This document shows, one piece after another, positions 13,501 to 26,100 of a stretch of DNA of 64,000 nt. Numbering within the stretch: the stretch's first letter is position 1; every line of letters starts with the position of its first letter. The notes under the pieces are model-generated. The model was given only the letters and a program-made list of their open reading frames with translations. It was not told where the DNA came from and searched no databases. A program made the translations under genes and the position numbers. Source of the DNA: Protoeuglena noctilucae (lineage: Eukaryota); assembly GCA_958009085.1 (NCBI GenBank), contig OY253674.1, forward strand, positions 868,001-932,000, given 5' to 3'.

Positions 13501-16500
13501 TCGGCGCGGGGCGGGCGGGGGTGGACGGGGCCGGTGGTGACGCCGGGCGCGCCGCCCCACGAGACCCCCCGGGATGCGCCTGGGGTGGCGCTGACGGAGG
13601 AGGAGCAGGCGGACATGATGCGGCGGGCTGCGAGCGACCGGGCGGAGCGCCTGGCAAGGGGCGCGAGGGCTGCCGGGGCCGGGAGCGTGTCTGGGCTGGG
13701 TGGCGGGGCAGTGGCAGAGGCGCAGGGGCCCTCGCCTGAATGGGCCGTGGTCGACGCGGCTATTTCGAGGATATTTGGGGACGTGCAGGAAGGACTGCGG
13801 GACTGCCTGGAGATCCAGGGCAGCGAGGAGCGGGTGAGTGGGCGTGGCTTGCGTTGTGTGGCTGTTGATGTCTGTGCTTTTGGATGCCATGCCACTGCTT
13901 TCTTGCTGTCTTTATTGCTTGGGTTTCTCTCAACACATCAGGTTACACCTTGCATTCTCATAAGGCAGTTCTGCCCAGTTGCTCCACACATGCCAGTGTC
14001 GACCGCTCATACCACCCGCCCCTCGTCCCGTCCCCCCAGAAGCGCGCCATCAACAGCCTGGCAGCCGAGGTCAGCGATCGGTGCGTCTTCCGATCCCGCG
14101 ACGCGCAAGACGCGAGCTCCCTCGACGCTCGCGGGGTCAATCCCTGGGACCTCACCTCACGCGGCCTGGTGCCCCGGGTGGCGCGGGAGCTGGCCGCGGA
14201 CGTCCACAGCCGCGCCTCGGTCCCGGGAGTTGACGGACGCGCCAAGGACACGCCGCAGGGACGACCGCACGGGCTGCGGGTGAGTCGCAGAGGCCGCAAG
14301 AGATCCTCATCGCACGTCACACCGCCGACGCTGCTTTTTGCTACACTCCGCCCGCGCCGCACTCTTGGCATACCGCATCTGTCTCTCCGTCGGCACCGCG
14401 GGTTCAGCGCAGTGACGGCCACCTCCCCTGCAGGTCGAGCCGGTGGCCATTCCAGACGCCCCTCGCCCCACGGCGCGGGAACCAAGGGACCGGGCGTCCT
14501 ACGCCAGCACCCGGGACGCCCCCTGCGCGCTGCCCCTCCCGCGCTTCTCCCTCCTCGCCGCGCCGCTATCGTCCGTCCTCGATGTCCCCAGAGAGGCCTT
14601 TGCCGTCGATGACCCACGCGCCCCGCCCTCCCACCGCCGCGGCTCACTCGCAGGCGACGCCGGCACCGCCCCGCCCTCCCCGGGAGACGCGTCGCCCGCG
14701 CACTCGTGGTCCTCGCTGCCCGTGTCGCCGCGCTCCCAGCTCCGGGCAGACGCCATTCTGGGGTTCGCGGTCCCCGACGGTGCGCAGGGGCTGGCGTATG
14801 GGGCTGCCCCCACAGCCGCGCTGCCCCCGCCGCCCCGCGGTGGTCCTGTCCCGCGGCAGGGTCCTTTGCCGGACGCGCCGCGGCCGTGGCTCGTGCCGCC
14901 ACCTGACGCGCAACCTGCCCCGGCCCCGCGTGTCGCCTTTGGCCGGGGCCTGGCCGCGCAGGCAGCCGCAGACGGGCCCGGTGGGGCGCGGCCCGTGCAG
15001 GGACCCGGCCAGAGAGGGTCGCGGGGGGAAGTCCCGCCGTCCGCACCGCTGCCGCCGCCCCCGCCACTGCCACTGCCTCCGTCCCAAGGGGCTGGGGTGC
15101 CACTGCCCCTGCCCCTGCCCCCGCGACCCTCAGCTGACCGCGAACAGGGGCCTCGCGCAGGGGCGAGCGTGTCTGCGGAAGGGGGGCGGGAGGTCCCGGG
15201 TGCAACGGGGGAGCAGGGGAGAGAGAAGGCGCCTGCATCGGCCCGCAAGGGCAAGCTGCCGTCTCAAGATCCTGCTGCGGACATGAGGTGAGGGAGGCGG
15301 TGCTGTTCTCGAGGCACACTCTGGCATTGTCGGTGCCTGGCAATATAAGGATGAGTGTGTCTGCCTGGCGATCCGATGAGGACGGTGCTTGCCGCTCCGT
15401 GCGTGCAGGCGGCGACCGGAGGCAGAACGCGACGCGAGGGCTGCGAATGGGGGAGCAGTCGCCAATCGAGGCGCAGGAGGTGCGTGACGCTACATTTCCC
15501 AAAGGGATGCGTCGTGCGTGGCTGTGGCTATGGGCATGTGATCATGCACAGTGAGTGTGGCTGGGCTATTAACAATGCATCAACGTCTGCGTCCCCACCG
15601 CGTCACGCAGGAGAGGGGCGCACTGCGGCGGTCGCTGCTGGCCCAGAGAGGGCCGGGAGAGGCCCTGGCGAGCCAGGTGGCGCGGGTCGCGGTGGGGCCG
15701 CGTCAACCAAGGCCGGGGCCCAAGGGTCTCGTCGGTCTGAGGGAGGGTCATCACTGCTGGAACAGCTCCTCACGGACAAGCCAGGGATCTCTAAGGGGCA
15801 CGCAGGGGCGGTGCAGCCGCAGCCACACGCGGGGGCGCCCCCTTCCCATGCGGCAGGGGCAGCAGCGGAGGTGGGCGGGGCTGCGGCGACGGGCACATCT
15901 GTGGGGCCCACTGGGACATCTGTGGTGCCGACTGGCGCATCTGTGGGGCCAGCTGTGGGTCCGAAGGCAGCTGATGGCAGTGGGGGCCCCGAAAGGATGA
16001 CTGGGTCTGTGCCGGTCCCTGCGGCGGTGACGATGGCAGCAGCTGAGGCGAAGCCGGCAGCACAAGGGGAGGGTGGAGGGGCGTCGCGCTCCCCGCCGCC
16101 CCAGCCGCTAGCCCCGGATGCGCTTGGCGCGACAGCGGCAGGGGCCCAGGGCGGTGACAGCGTGGCTGCGGGCGCGGCAGACCGACCGGGCGATGCAAGA
16201 GCTCTCCCCAAGCCTGCCGGTGCATCTGACGAGGCACCGACTGGGGCACTGACTGAGGCAGCAGCCGGGGCAGCGGCGGGGGCAGCTGAGGCGCGGGCCA
16301 CTGGGGAGGCTCCCCAGGCTGCTGCGCCTGTCCATGCGGGCAAGAAGGGCTATGGGAGGCAGGGGAAGAGGAGAACCGGGGAGGGCAACACCCGCGCTGC
16401 CCCGCCGAGTGTGCCGGGGGCGGGCGGCGGGGGTGGGGGCGGCGCGGGTGCAGGCCCGGGCCAGGCGGCTGGCGCTGCGGGGGGCACGAGGGCCACCAGG

Positions 16501-17376
16501 GCGGGTGCCAAGCGGAATGCGCCCGAGCCAAGCCAGGCGGCGGCGGGCAAGAGGGCTCGCACGTCCAAGCAGCAGCCGAAAGGCGCAGAGGATGCGGAGG
16601 ATGCCACGGGCGCTGCGGGGGCGGCTGCAGGAGCGGCTGGGGGGGATGGCGGCGCTGAGGCGGGCGGGGCAGTGCCTGGGGCGGCGCTCGTGGCGTGGCT
16701 TTCCGCGGAGGGCAAGCGGGAGGCGGAGGTGGCGTGGGCGAGGGGTGTACTTGGCAAGGACGCCCCTGGGCCAGCCGGGGCTGATGCCGCAGGACCTGGG
16801 GCGCCGCAAGGGGCGGACTACGACGTCCTGAGGACGCTCCTTACAACCAAGGCCTTCGTGATGGTCAAGGGAAACCCTCGTAAAGCCCCAATGAGACGGG
16901 GGATGGAGGTGATGTTTCGATCTGTGGAGGCTCTGGTGGGCAGTTTGGCGGGGGCGGAGCGGGCGGCCGTGGAGGCGGCGGTGGGCGGGAATACTGCCGC
17001 GGGGGTGCTGCGGTGGCTGACGGTGGATCGCATCAAGGGTTGGGCTGACGGGATCGATGGGGGCTGGGGCGCGGGGCGCCTGTCTGCCCACCGGCTTCTG
17101 GGCGTGTGCCACCAGGCCATGACCGCCTTTCACAAGGGCTGGGGGGTTGTCGCGGCGGCGTGGGTGAAAGCGGCACCCATAAACGAGAATGCCACGGATC
17201 TCAAGGACGGAGTGTCGGCGTTCGGGAGCAGGGTGAACAACATAGGGCGGTTCGTGAACAGTGCAGACGGGCTGTCAAAGTTTCTGGCGGAGGAGGAGAA
17301 CAGACCCGCCGGAAAGAAGGAAGAGGAGGGGGGTGGGAAGACGACGGGCAGGGCGAAGAAGAGGCAGGGCAAGTGA
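10545..17376 (+). CDS. Large, mostly disordered protein of unknown function (Pro-rich, Arg/Asp/Glu-rich and Ala/Gly-rich regions, helical C-terminal domain); about 8 exons
   Basis: A phase-consistent GT-AG chain runs from MAGYP|G (donor 10561) through exons near 10780, 11241, 11432, 14039, 14434, 15409 and 15610 to the stop at 17376. No family recognised. Confidence 0.6.
12668..12835 (+). repeat. Degenerate 12-bp coding tandem repeat encoding (H/E/D)YDR units
   Basis: Translation DYDRHYDREYDRGHDRYYERHYDRHYDRDYDREYDRHHDRHYDRDHGRDY; DNA units such as TATGACCGTCAT and TACGACCGCGAG. Confidence 0.85.
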
Positions 17377-17580
17377 ACGAGGGCACGAGGGGCGGTGCAT
17401 AGAGGAACGATGTGTGTGGCGCCGAAGCCCTCATTGCAGTACCTGGATGATTGCGAGTGTGCGTGCCTGTGCGGATCAGCGCTGCTGTCGCGGTTAGGCT
17501 CATCATGATGATGCGGCGTCGTTATGAACCATGTGGTGTTTGAAGAAACAAGCAGCAATAATCTCTCGGATTCAAAACGG

Positions 17581-20500
17581 TCACCGCCTCCACTCCGCCT
17601 CCACGCCCCCCAGCACCCCCGTGCGCACCAGGCTCGAGGACAGCTGCAGCGCCCCCACCTCGTGCCGCCCCAGGCCCATGCCACCTGCGCCCGCACCCGT
17701 GTCATTGTGGATGCCCCGCACCAGCTGGGCGTCCGTGGGGGCCGAGAGGCGCAGGAAGTAGGGCAGCGGGTCGCCCTGCCGCTGCAGGTGCATCTTGAGC
17801 GCCTTGGCCCCGAAACTCGACTGCAGCCGACGGTGCAGCTGCCTTATGTCGGAGATCTGGTCCGCGTCGTCGTGGCGCTTCAAGGCCCTCATCGCCTCCG
17901 CCACCTTGATCCGATTCTCCCTCGTCCCGATCGACCGGATCTGGTCCGCGGCTTTGACGCGGGTCGACGACGCCCCCAGCATCGGAGCTGCGAGGGGCGA
18001 GGGATAGGGACGGAGATGAGTGCTTGCAAGCGCATGCTGCGCAGATGAGGTAAGAGTGCGCTGCGATGGCAGGTCTGCTAGCGCAGGGTGCAGGACCTGT
18101 GCAGTGGACATGGGCACCCTGCAGCCCAGGCCAGGCCCCTCCGTGGCTCACCCGTGTCCCAGACCTGGGGTGCTTTGCCCCTCTGCATCTTCTCGTAAGC
18201 CCAGGGGCTCGCCATCGCAGCGTCCCGCCTTTTCTGAATATCCGCGCGCCGACGGAAGGTCCGGGCTCCGGCAGCCGGGGCGGGGGGGTGGGAGCCCGGT
18301 GCACCCGGCGTGGCCTCCTGCAGACATCACGGCAGTGCTATTATGCGCCAAACGCTGTCGCCAAGCGAGCTATCAGCTGCCGAAGCTACCCCAACTACCT
18401 GTGATGGACAGCGAAGTCCAAACGTCCCAGCGCGCAGCAGCCAGCAGTCTCGCTATTCCCAGGGCCTCACCGCAGCTGTTCGCAGCATGCTGTCCTTTCT
18501 CGAGGGTTTCCCCTGCACCGACCGCGCCTTGTCCATGGAATTCTGCGACGGCGCTTTGCTGCTCCGGCGGTGCGGTGACGAGGGCTTGGGCTTGGGCGAG
18601 GCCGCCAGGGCGCCGTTGGGGGGGCCGGACAGGAGCTCAGAGGACTGCGAGGGTGGGGGGTGAAGAGGGGAGTTTGCAGGGGACTGGCTGAGGCGGAGGG
18701 GCTGACTGCTTGATTATGGGTGAGGAGAGGTCATGCATGCATGAGAGGGTCATGGGTGACAAGAGAGGGGCAGCAAGGCAGGGTGAGTGATGAAACGCAG
18801 TTGATCTGGAAAGGAACAGTAGGTGCCCTGCAAACGCAGGTGCTGGGTGGCCGCCCGCATCAACTGTTGGAACACCACGCACCAGTGCGCCGGGCACCCG
18901 CACTGCACCTGCCTGCACCCTCGCTCCCCGCCTCACCAGCAGCAGTCGGTCGGGCGCCAGAATGCCGTCGATGTCGTCCTCAGTGACGCTCAGCGCAATG
19001 GGCATCCTCCCCAGCTTGCGCATGTGCTCCATGATGTCGAGCCCCACCACGTCCCCATTCGCCCGGGCACGCTCCCTTTGGTTCTGGAATGACCCAATCG
19101 TGGCGCGCTTGCGGATCTTCTCAAAGTCCTCGGCGCCGCTCTGCAGGGGTGGCGGTGACGGCGGTGTGAGAGCAGGCGAGGTGAGACCAGGAGAGGTGAG
19201 AGCAGGAAGGGCGACAGCAGGTGCAAGCACGTCCACTGTCCACCCCCACCCACTCCCACACGCCACACGCCACGCACCCCCACCCACACCCACTCACGTC
19301 CACTTTGAGCCTCTGCGCCAGCTCCACGACCTCGGGCCCGTCCGCCGTGTCAAACCGCCTCGCGGCCCTCTGCACGACGAGCCCCTGCTTGAGCGCCTGC
19401 ACCACCCGCGTGTGGTGCTGCATCATGTGCCCCACCTCCACCTCGATCACCGGGCCCGTCATGTACCCGCCCCGGGGCTTGTGGCTGAAGAAATGGACGT
19501 CCATGAACTGGCTGCCCGTCACCGCGTCGTTCAGGATCCCCTGCAAATCCCGCATCGCCTTGTCCCCGTCGCCCGCCGCCTCCGCGGGAGGCTCCTCTGC
19601 TTTCGCGTCCCCTTTGGCCACCTCCGCACCCTCGCCCGCGGCCCCTGATGGCGGCCCAGCCTGTGGCCCTGCCACCACCACCGTGCGATGCGGCTTGAAC
19701 GTCGGCCGCGGGGGACTGCTGGATGGGTCCAGGGACCCCTACGAGGTGGAAGCAAAAGGGGGGTTAGGTAACGTCACCCGCCCCTCATCTCACCCGCACC
19801 TCCCCACTGCGCCCCGCCCGCCCCACAGCCCCTCACCTGCCTCCCCGCCCGCGCCCTCCGCACGCGCACCAGGTACCTGCGCAGCATGCGCACCAGCCGC
19901 GCCCGCTGCTCCTCGCTCAGCCTCCCCATCGCCTTCTGCATCTTCCGCCGACGCTCCGTGGCGAACTTGTACCCGTCGATCCAACTGGTGGTGCTCGTGC
20001 CGCGGCGCAGGTTCGTGGATTTGGGATCCACGATGCCCGCCACGTCCATCAGCAGCACCTCCCCGGCACTCGAGTCATAGCCGCGGCTCCACACGGACGC
20101 CGAGGCACCGCGCGTGTGGGACATCCCCGCCCAATGCTCCTCCGCCGCGCTCGCCACGCTGCTGCGGCGCGGCCCTCGCCCCACGCGCTCCCCCACCGGC
20201 CGCGGCGAGACCGGGGCGCTGGCCCCCGCCGTCGCGTAGAAGCGCTTGCAGGTGCCCGGCTGGCCCCCGCACAGCGACACCTGGGGCTGCCGCCGGCCGG
20301 GGCTGCCCGCCTCCCCCGGCCCCTCGCTGCTCGTCCCCGCGGGGCCGGTGGACTCGAAAGGATCCGGCACCGTCTCCCGGTCCGCCAGCGCCGACTGCAG
20401 CTCCCATATGAGGGGTTCCATGCGGTTGGTGGCGTGGCGCACGAACTTGTAAGGCGGCAGCATGCCCCGCTCCGTCAGGGCGTCAAACGCGTGGCCACCC

Positions 20501-22404
20501 TCGTTGAACGCCGCCACCAGCTCCGCGGGCGTCAGGGCCAGCTTGGACCCATTCTGCAAGGTCAGAGCGAAGGGAGGAGGGGTTGCAGGGTGCGACACCC
20601 GCTGTGCATGTCCCGACCGCAGCTGACGATATGGACGGTCCTGGCCCCTTCCTCAGCTGATGCAGTCATCCACCTCCCCTCATCCACGCGCCCTGCCATC
20701 CACCTCCCCTCATCCACGTACCTTGTCGTCCACCTTCCCTCATCCACGCACCTTGTCGTCTGCCGCCCCCGCTCCGTCGCCCCCAAACGCGATGCGCCTC
20801 TTTCGAGGGTCACCCTGGGCCACGTCGATCGTCGCCCCCGCCCCAATCATCGTCACCATGTCGGACTGCACAACACAGAAACACTCTGGCAATTTTGGGG
20901 CACCGGGGTGGCCTGGTCAGAGGCCGTGCAGCGTGCCAGACTCAACAGAGGGTGCCCAGCCCCAATTGCTGTAGCTCATACACTGCTCTTCGACCACATA
21001 CTGCTTCTCGATCAAGCACAGCGCCGCTCTCTCACAAGGGACTGGTTCTGCCGGTCCAGCACCGCCGCGAGACAGTTGGTGAGGCGCCGTGACTTCTGGA
21101 CCATGTAGGCCTCCCACAGGGCGCGGTCCGTGGAGTCCGGGCGGATCATCCCCTCGCTGGGCACGCGCTTGCCCTCCTGCCCGGTGCGCATGCGCTGCGC
21201 CACGGCCGCTATCACCGGGGCCCGACGGTGGCTCTGCCCAATGGCCGGCTGCCCCACGCGCCAGGAGCCCCGGGGGACCTCGCCTGTGCCGCTCTCGAAT
21301 GCCTCCTGCAGCACGCGGGCGAGGGGAGGGGTCAGCGAGATGCATGTGCGGGATGGAGATGGAGAGAGATGACGGTGTTACCGGCGTAGCGCTTGCTTGG
21401 AAGGGAGGGAGATGCCGAGAGAAGCGGGCGTGACACTGCGTTTTGTATCACAAGACAATCTCTGCGGCGTCAGTAACACACCCAAGCCCCATGGCAGTCA
21501 TTCGTCTCACCTGCAGGTCGGCTTGCTCGGTAGCGGTCGGGGACGGCACGCGCTCGATGGCCGGGTGGGCGGGGGGCGGAGAGGCGCGGCCCGCGTGCGT
21601 CCGACGATCCGCCTGGCGCTGCCGCTCCCGCCGCCGCGCCGACGCCGTGCGCTCGCGCTCCGTCGCGGCATCAAGCTCCGTTGCAGAGATGACCGTGGCA
21701 GAGGCCCCACTCAGGGGCCGCCTGGGCAGGGAGCCCCGCAGCGAGGAGCGGGCCGGCCCCGCCGCCGCGGACTCGAGGGCGGCCGCGGCGCTGGGAGGCC
21801 TCGCGACGGGGGCAGCGGGGGCGGCCAGGACGTCCTTCGGGAGCACGGGCGAGGTGGGGCGGGGACGGGGCGAGTGCGGGCGCGGGATGTCCTGGGGCGC
21901 AGGCCGGGCCCCTGACTCTGCGAGAAAGGAGACATGTCGGTGGTGGCTCACTCGGCTGCTTGGCACAGCACTCTGCACGCCACTGGCCAGACTGCATGGC
22001 TTGCCGCTGCCGGTGCCACCCTCGCCTGGAGGCGCGGGAGACTCGCGGGCGGGCAAGTTCTCCGCCGCCCACATCTCGGTGCGCGGCTGCCGGGCGGATA
22101 TCGGGCGCGCGGTCGTCCGGGAGGTGCCACGGTCCGGGGAGGTGGGGCGGGGCCCCAAGGCATGCGGGCCGCGGTACGGCCACAGCTGCGCGGGCTGCCC
22201 GTCTGTCCTCACGGGTTCTAACCATGCGGCGGCAGGTAACGGAGACCCGGAGGCCTTTTCCACGTCAGGAAAGCGCGGGGAAAAGTGTTGCAAAGCCCTC
22301 CCGATCTCGGAGGATGGAGTTGCCGGCGCGTCTCTGGGCGCGGCAGATAACGAAGGCGGAAGTGCCGTCACGGGGCGCCCCGCGACAGGCTCCGGCGCCG
22401 CCAT
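17581..22404 (-). CDS. Large multi-exon protein of unknown function (about 9 exons)
   Basis: Phase-consistent GT-AG exon chain from MAAPEPV (22404) to the stop at 17581, with globular-looking segments (RMEPLIWELQ; WIDGYKFATERRRKMQ; SQFMDVHFFSHKP). No family recognised. Confidence 0.6.
20666..20761 (-). repeat. 30-bp tandem repeat x3 that includes the exon end and 5' splice site
   Basis: On the minus strand: GACGACAAG|GTGCGTGGATGAGGGAAGGTG, then GACGACAAGGTACGTGGATGAGGGGAGGTG, then GATGGCAGGGCGCGTGGATGAGGGGAGGTG. Confidence 0.85.
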
Positions 22405-23106
22405 CTGCCGCGAAGACCAGAGAAGCCCCGTGTGTGGGCGATGTGGGGCGCCTTGCCCCGCGCCCGGGGACTCCCTGCGCCCAAGGTGTTTGCCGATGAA
22501 TAGATGGTGCCGCGAAGAATGACGTCATGCTTTAGGTCACGTCGTCACCCAGCCATGGAGTTCAGGCAACCCATCTTGCCTTATGTGCCATGGCTCGGGC
22601 GTCAGGACCGGTGCCTTGCCGAGCATTTGCCGTTGAGATGGCGTGCCGCGCGAAACAAAGCGGAAGCTCGGACGGGACGCCGGTCGGTCCGCCGGGTCGG
22701 GCGGGCCCCGGGCCTGCAGGGTGGTCGCATGCGGCTGGCCAGTGGGGTCATAGCGCATGCCCGCGCCGCATGCCAGGCACAGCCAAATGTTCTTTGCCGC
22801 ATCCAAAACCGCGCACCCCTCACCTGCGGCTTGGAGTCCATGGCTTTAGGGTGAAGGCATGTTCTTGGGCAACTCGGGTGACGCTGTAGTGCGTCCAGGA
22901 TCCCACGGACTGCAGCAGTGCTAGCACAGTGCCAGCGCAAAGGCCCGGGTGCGTGCGAGAGGTGCCATCGCCACGCCAGACTGGGGGTGGAACCTGGAAT
23001 GGGACTCTCCGGTCAAGCCAGAGGCAGTCCCGGCGCGCGGCGTATTGCTGCGCGTTGATACGCTCTGCACATGCGATTGCGCGGCTGTTTGCTCATGATT
23101 TGGAAA

Positions 23107-26100
23107 TGGCGCAGCCGGGGGGTCTCGCAGAGGAGCATCACGAGCGCCTTCGCGAACTGGCTGAGCGCATGAAGGCCTATACATCGCGAAAGGCGGATCT
23201 GCAGGCCGCAGCGGACATGGTTCAGAAGGGGCAGGCCGTGCCTTTGCGACACGGCACCATCGAGGCAAGCCACGCTGTGTGCGCGTGCCGGGCGCTGCCT
23301 CTGACACCGAAGTGCCGGCGAATATAGTGCGATCAAGCTCACGCGCCGCAGGGCGTGCCGCCTGGGACGACCCTGACCGGCAGGGCTTCGCTCATGGTGC
23401 TCGGGATCCACGGCCACTATTACACCGGCATCAGCGCGCCGCCTGTGGGAGGTCGGAGGGAGGATGAGTTCGCGGAACATCCGGACCTGTCCGCGTTCGC
23501 GGTCGCGTTGAACGGGGGCTACGAGGAAGACGAAGACAGCGGGGCGGAGTTCACGTACACAGGTGACGCGCAACGGGAATATCAGGAGGCTTTCCTGTCA
23601 AAAAGATGTCCAAGGGACTGAGAGCTTCGACCCGACGCTTCGGTCCCTCCCTTTGCTCCCAGGCGTGGGCTTGAAGCCTCGCCAGGAGTGGAAGGTGGGC
23701 AATTACGCGTTGATGCAGAGCTGGGCGACGGGGACTCCCGTGCGCGTGGTGCGCTGCGAGAAGCAGAAGGGCTCTTCCCCACGATACCACTTCGACGGGT
23801 GCTATCGCATCACCGCCGCGTACACCAACTGCTACCAGTTCAAAGACCGGCCTCCCATCTACCCTCTTCGGGACAACGCCTATCGCCGATGCATGTTCCG
23901 ATTGGAGGCCATTCCGGGCCTCGCCGTGGCCAAGCCTGTCGCCCAGGTGAGACGCGGTGGGTCGTGGGCTGGCGGTGTGGGTGCGACTCGATTTCGACTC
24001 GTGGGCGACGCTTTGGCGTCTCCCAGCAAGCCGCGGCGGCGCAGACTGTGTTTGTTAAGGGACGACTTTGATTGGGCATTCATCTGCACTGTCGCTGTGA
24101 CTGTCGTGTCATGATGCGCTGCAAGCGCCCTGTGTCTGGCGTCCCCGTCTCAGGTCGTGTTCAGCAAAGCCAGGCACCACCACGTGGCGATGCGGGCCGC
24201 GTTGCCTGCCCGTCGGACGCTGGTGGCCAAGAAGGACGGCGATAGGAAGCGGGGGCGGGAGGAGGGCGGCAGCGGCAGGGGGCGGAAGCGGAGGGCAGTG
24301 GGGGATCGCAAGGCTGGGAAAGAGGAGGCTGAAGATGGGGAGGGGAGCGATGAGGGAGCTGGGGTGGATGGAGAGGGAGAGGAGACGAGGGTGGTCGGGA
24401 GGCGGGCGCTGGGGCGCGCGGCGCGGGAACGGAAGGGGCTGCTGTGCGAGGTGAGGCACGGGGTGCGAGCGTGACGAGTGCTGGCACACTGCACCCCTGC
24501 TTGTAACACGTCCTCTGAACAGTCCATCTGCAGCACTTAAGTCCCACAGCCCTCGCCTTATCTCATATGCACACCGGCACTGACCAACTTGGCATTGACC
24601 AGCTGGGCAATGAGCAGCTGGCGTCCTCTTTCGCAGGACATTACCGGTGGCCTCGAGAAGGTTCCGATCCCGGCATTCAACGAGGTGGACGACGAGCCCT
24701 TCCCCACCTTCACCTACATCCCCGTCTGCTGCTGGAGCGACGAGGCCGCGGCCATGCTACGGCAGCTGAAGCCCTACGTGGGGTCGCGCGGCACGTGCGC
24801 GCGAGGTGAGGGGCGTGCGGGGCATGGGGTGAAGTGGCCAGTGGGGGTGGTGAGATGGGCTGAGCTTGCTTGGGGTTATGCTGGAGCGGGGTCGACCGGC
24901 GGCAGCCGTTCAATGCCATCCCACACCCGCCACTGCGTTCTGATATGATAGTAAGCAATTGACCCTGCTTGCCCTGCCCCCTGCCGCAGCCAAGTGGGAG
25001 GAGCTGTGCCGGGGCACGTCTGTGTCGATGCCCTACCGGGGCGGGCTGTTGACCGAGGCAGGGACGGAGGTCCTGCCCATGGAATGCGGGCCGCAGTGCG
25101 GGGCCCGCCGCGCGTGCCAGGGCACCCGCCACCTGTCCCGGGGCGTGCAGCTGCCATTGGAGGTGTGTAAGACGAAGGGGAAGGGGTGGGGCGTGCGGTG
25201 CGCGCAGGCCATCCCCATCGGCAAGTGCATCTGCGAGTACGTGGGGATGCTGAGGTCAGGTGAGCGCATCTGCTGGTTATGTGGGAATGACCCGTGTCAT
25301 CGTGATCAAGTGCAGGGTCGATCCCACTCATCCAGCCGGGTCCCCCTTTCGAATCTCGCTGACGTCCTCATAACTCCAGAGTCACTCTCGCACCTCGTCT
25401 CCCCCCGCAGAGGAGGAGCCCGACGCCATGCAGGCCCGCGCGAAGATGCAGGGAGAGCCCGGCAGCATTGACGCGTACATCTTCACCCTCAACTCGTACG
25501 TCATCGCAAAGCGTTGGGAGGAGGCGCTCAACGTGATCGAGGGCCAGGCCGTGGAGGACGAGCACGTGCGGGCATTGGTGGAGCGCGCGAGGAAAGCGAG
25601 GAAGTGGGACGGCGTGGTGAGCAGGGGGGATGCGGGAGGGAGGGAGTGGTGGTGAGCGCGAGTGGTGGTGAGCAGTGAGGGGGAATGGAGGGAGTGGTGA
25701 GCGGGAGATCGGGTGTGCGAGGAGTAGGAGTGAGGGAGGAGAGTGCGAGTGAGAGATGGGAGTGGCCGGCCCCCATCACCTCCCTCCTCGTGGCTTGCCC
25801 GCAGCGTGGCGCCATGGCTGCTGTGGATGGGGAGGAGACGCGCCTGGCAGCGGCAGAGGCGGTGCAGAGGACGGGTGGGCTCTTCCAACGACGGCACGCG
25901 ACGGGGCCGGGCGAGGGTGGCAAGGGTGGCGTGGGTGGTGAGGGTGGCGAGGGTGGCAAGCGTGGCGCTGGTGGCGCCGGCGGGCGTGGGGTGGTGGCTG
26001 GGGCAGTCGGTGATGTTGGGGCTGAGGCTGACGTGGAGCTGGACATGAATATGGACTGCCTCAGCTTCGATGGGGTCAGCGCGGACGGCCTCTTTGGCGG

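Noticed and set aside
11369..13657. Long antisense or overlapping ORFs (also 25382..26887, 29497..31707, 33823..36144)
   Set aside because: Shadow ORFs are expected in very GC-rich coding DNA; they are Pro/Arg-rich with no motifs, while the opposite strand carries the spliced genes.
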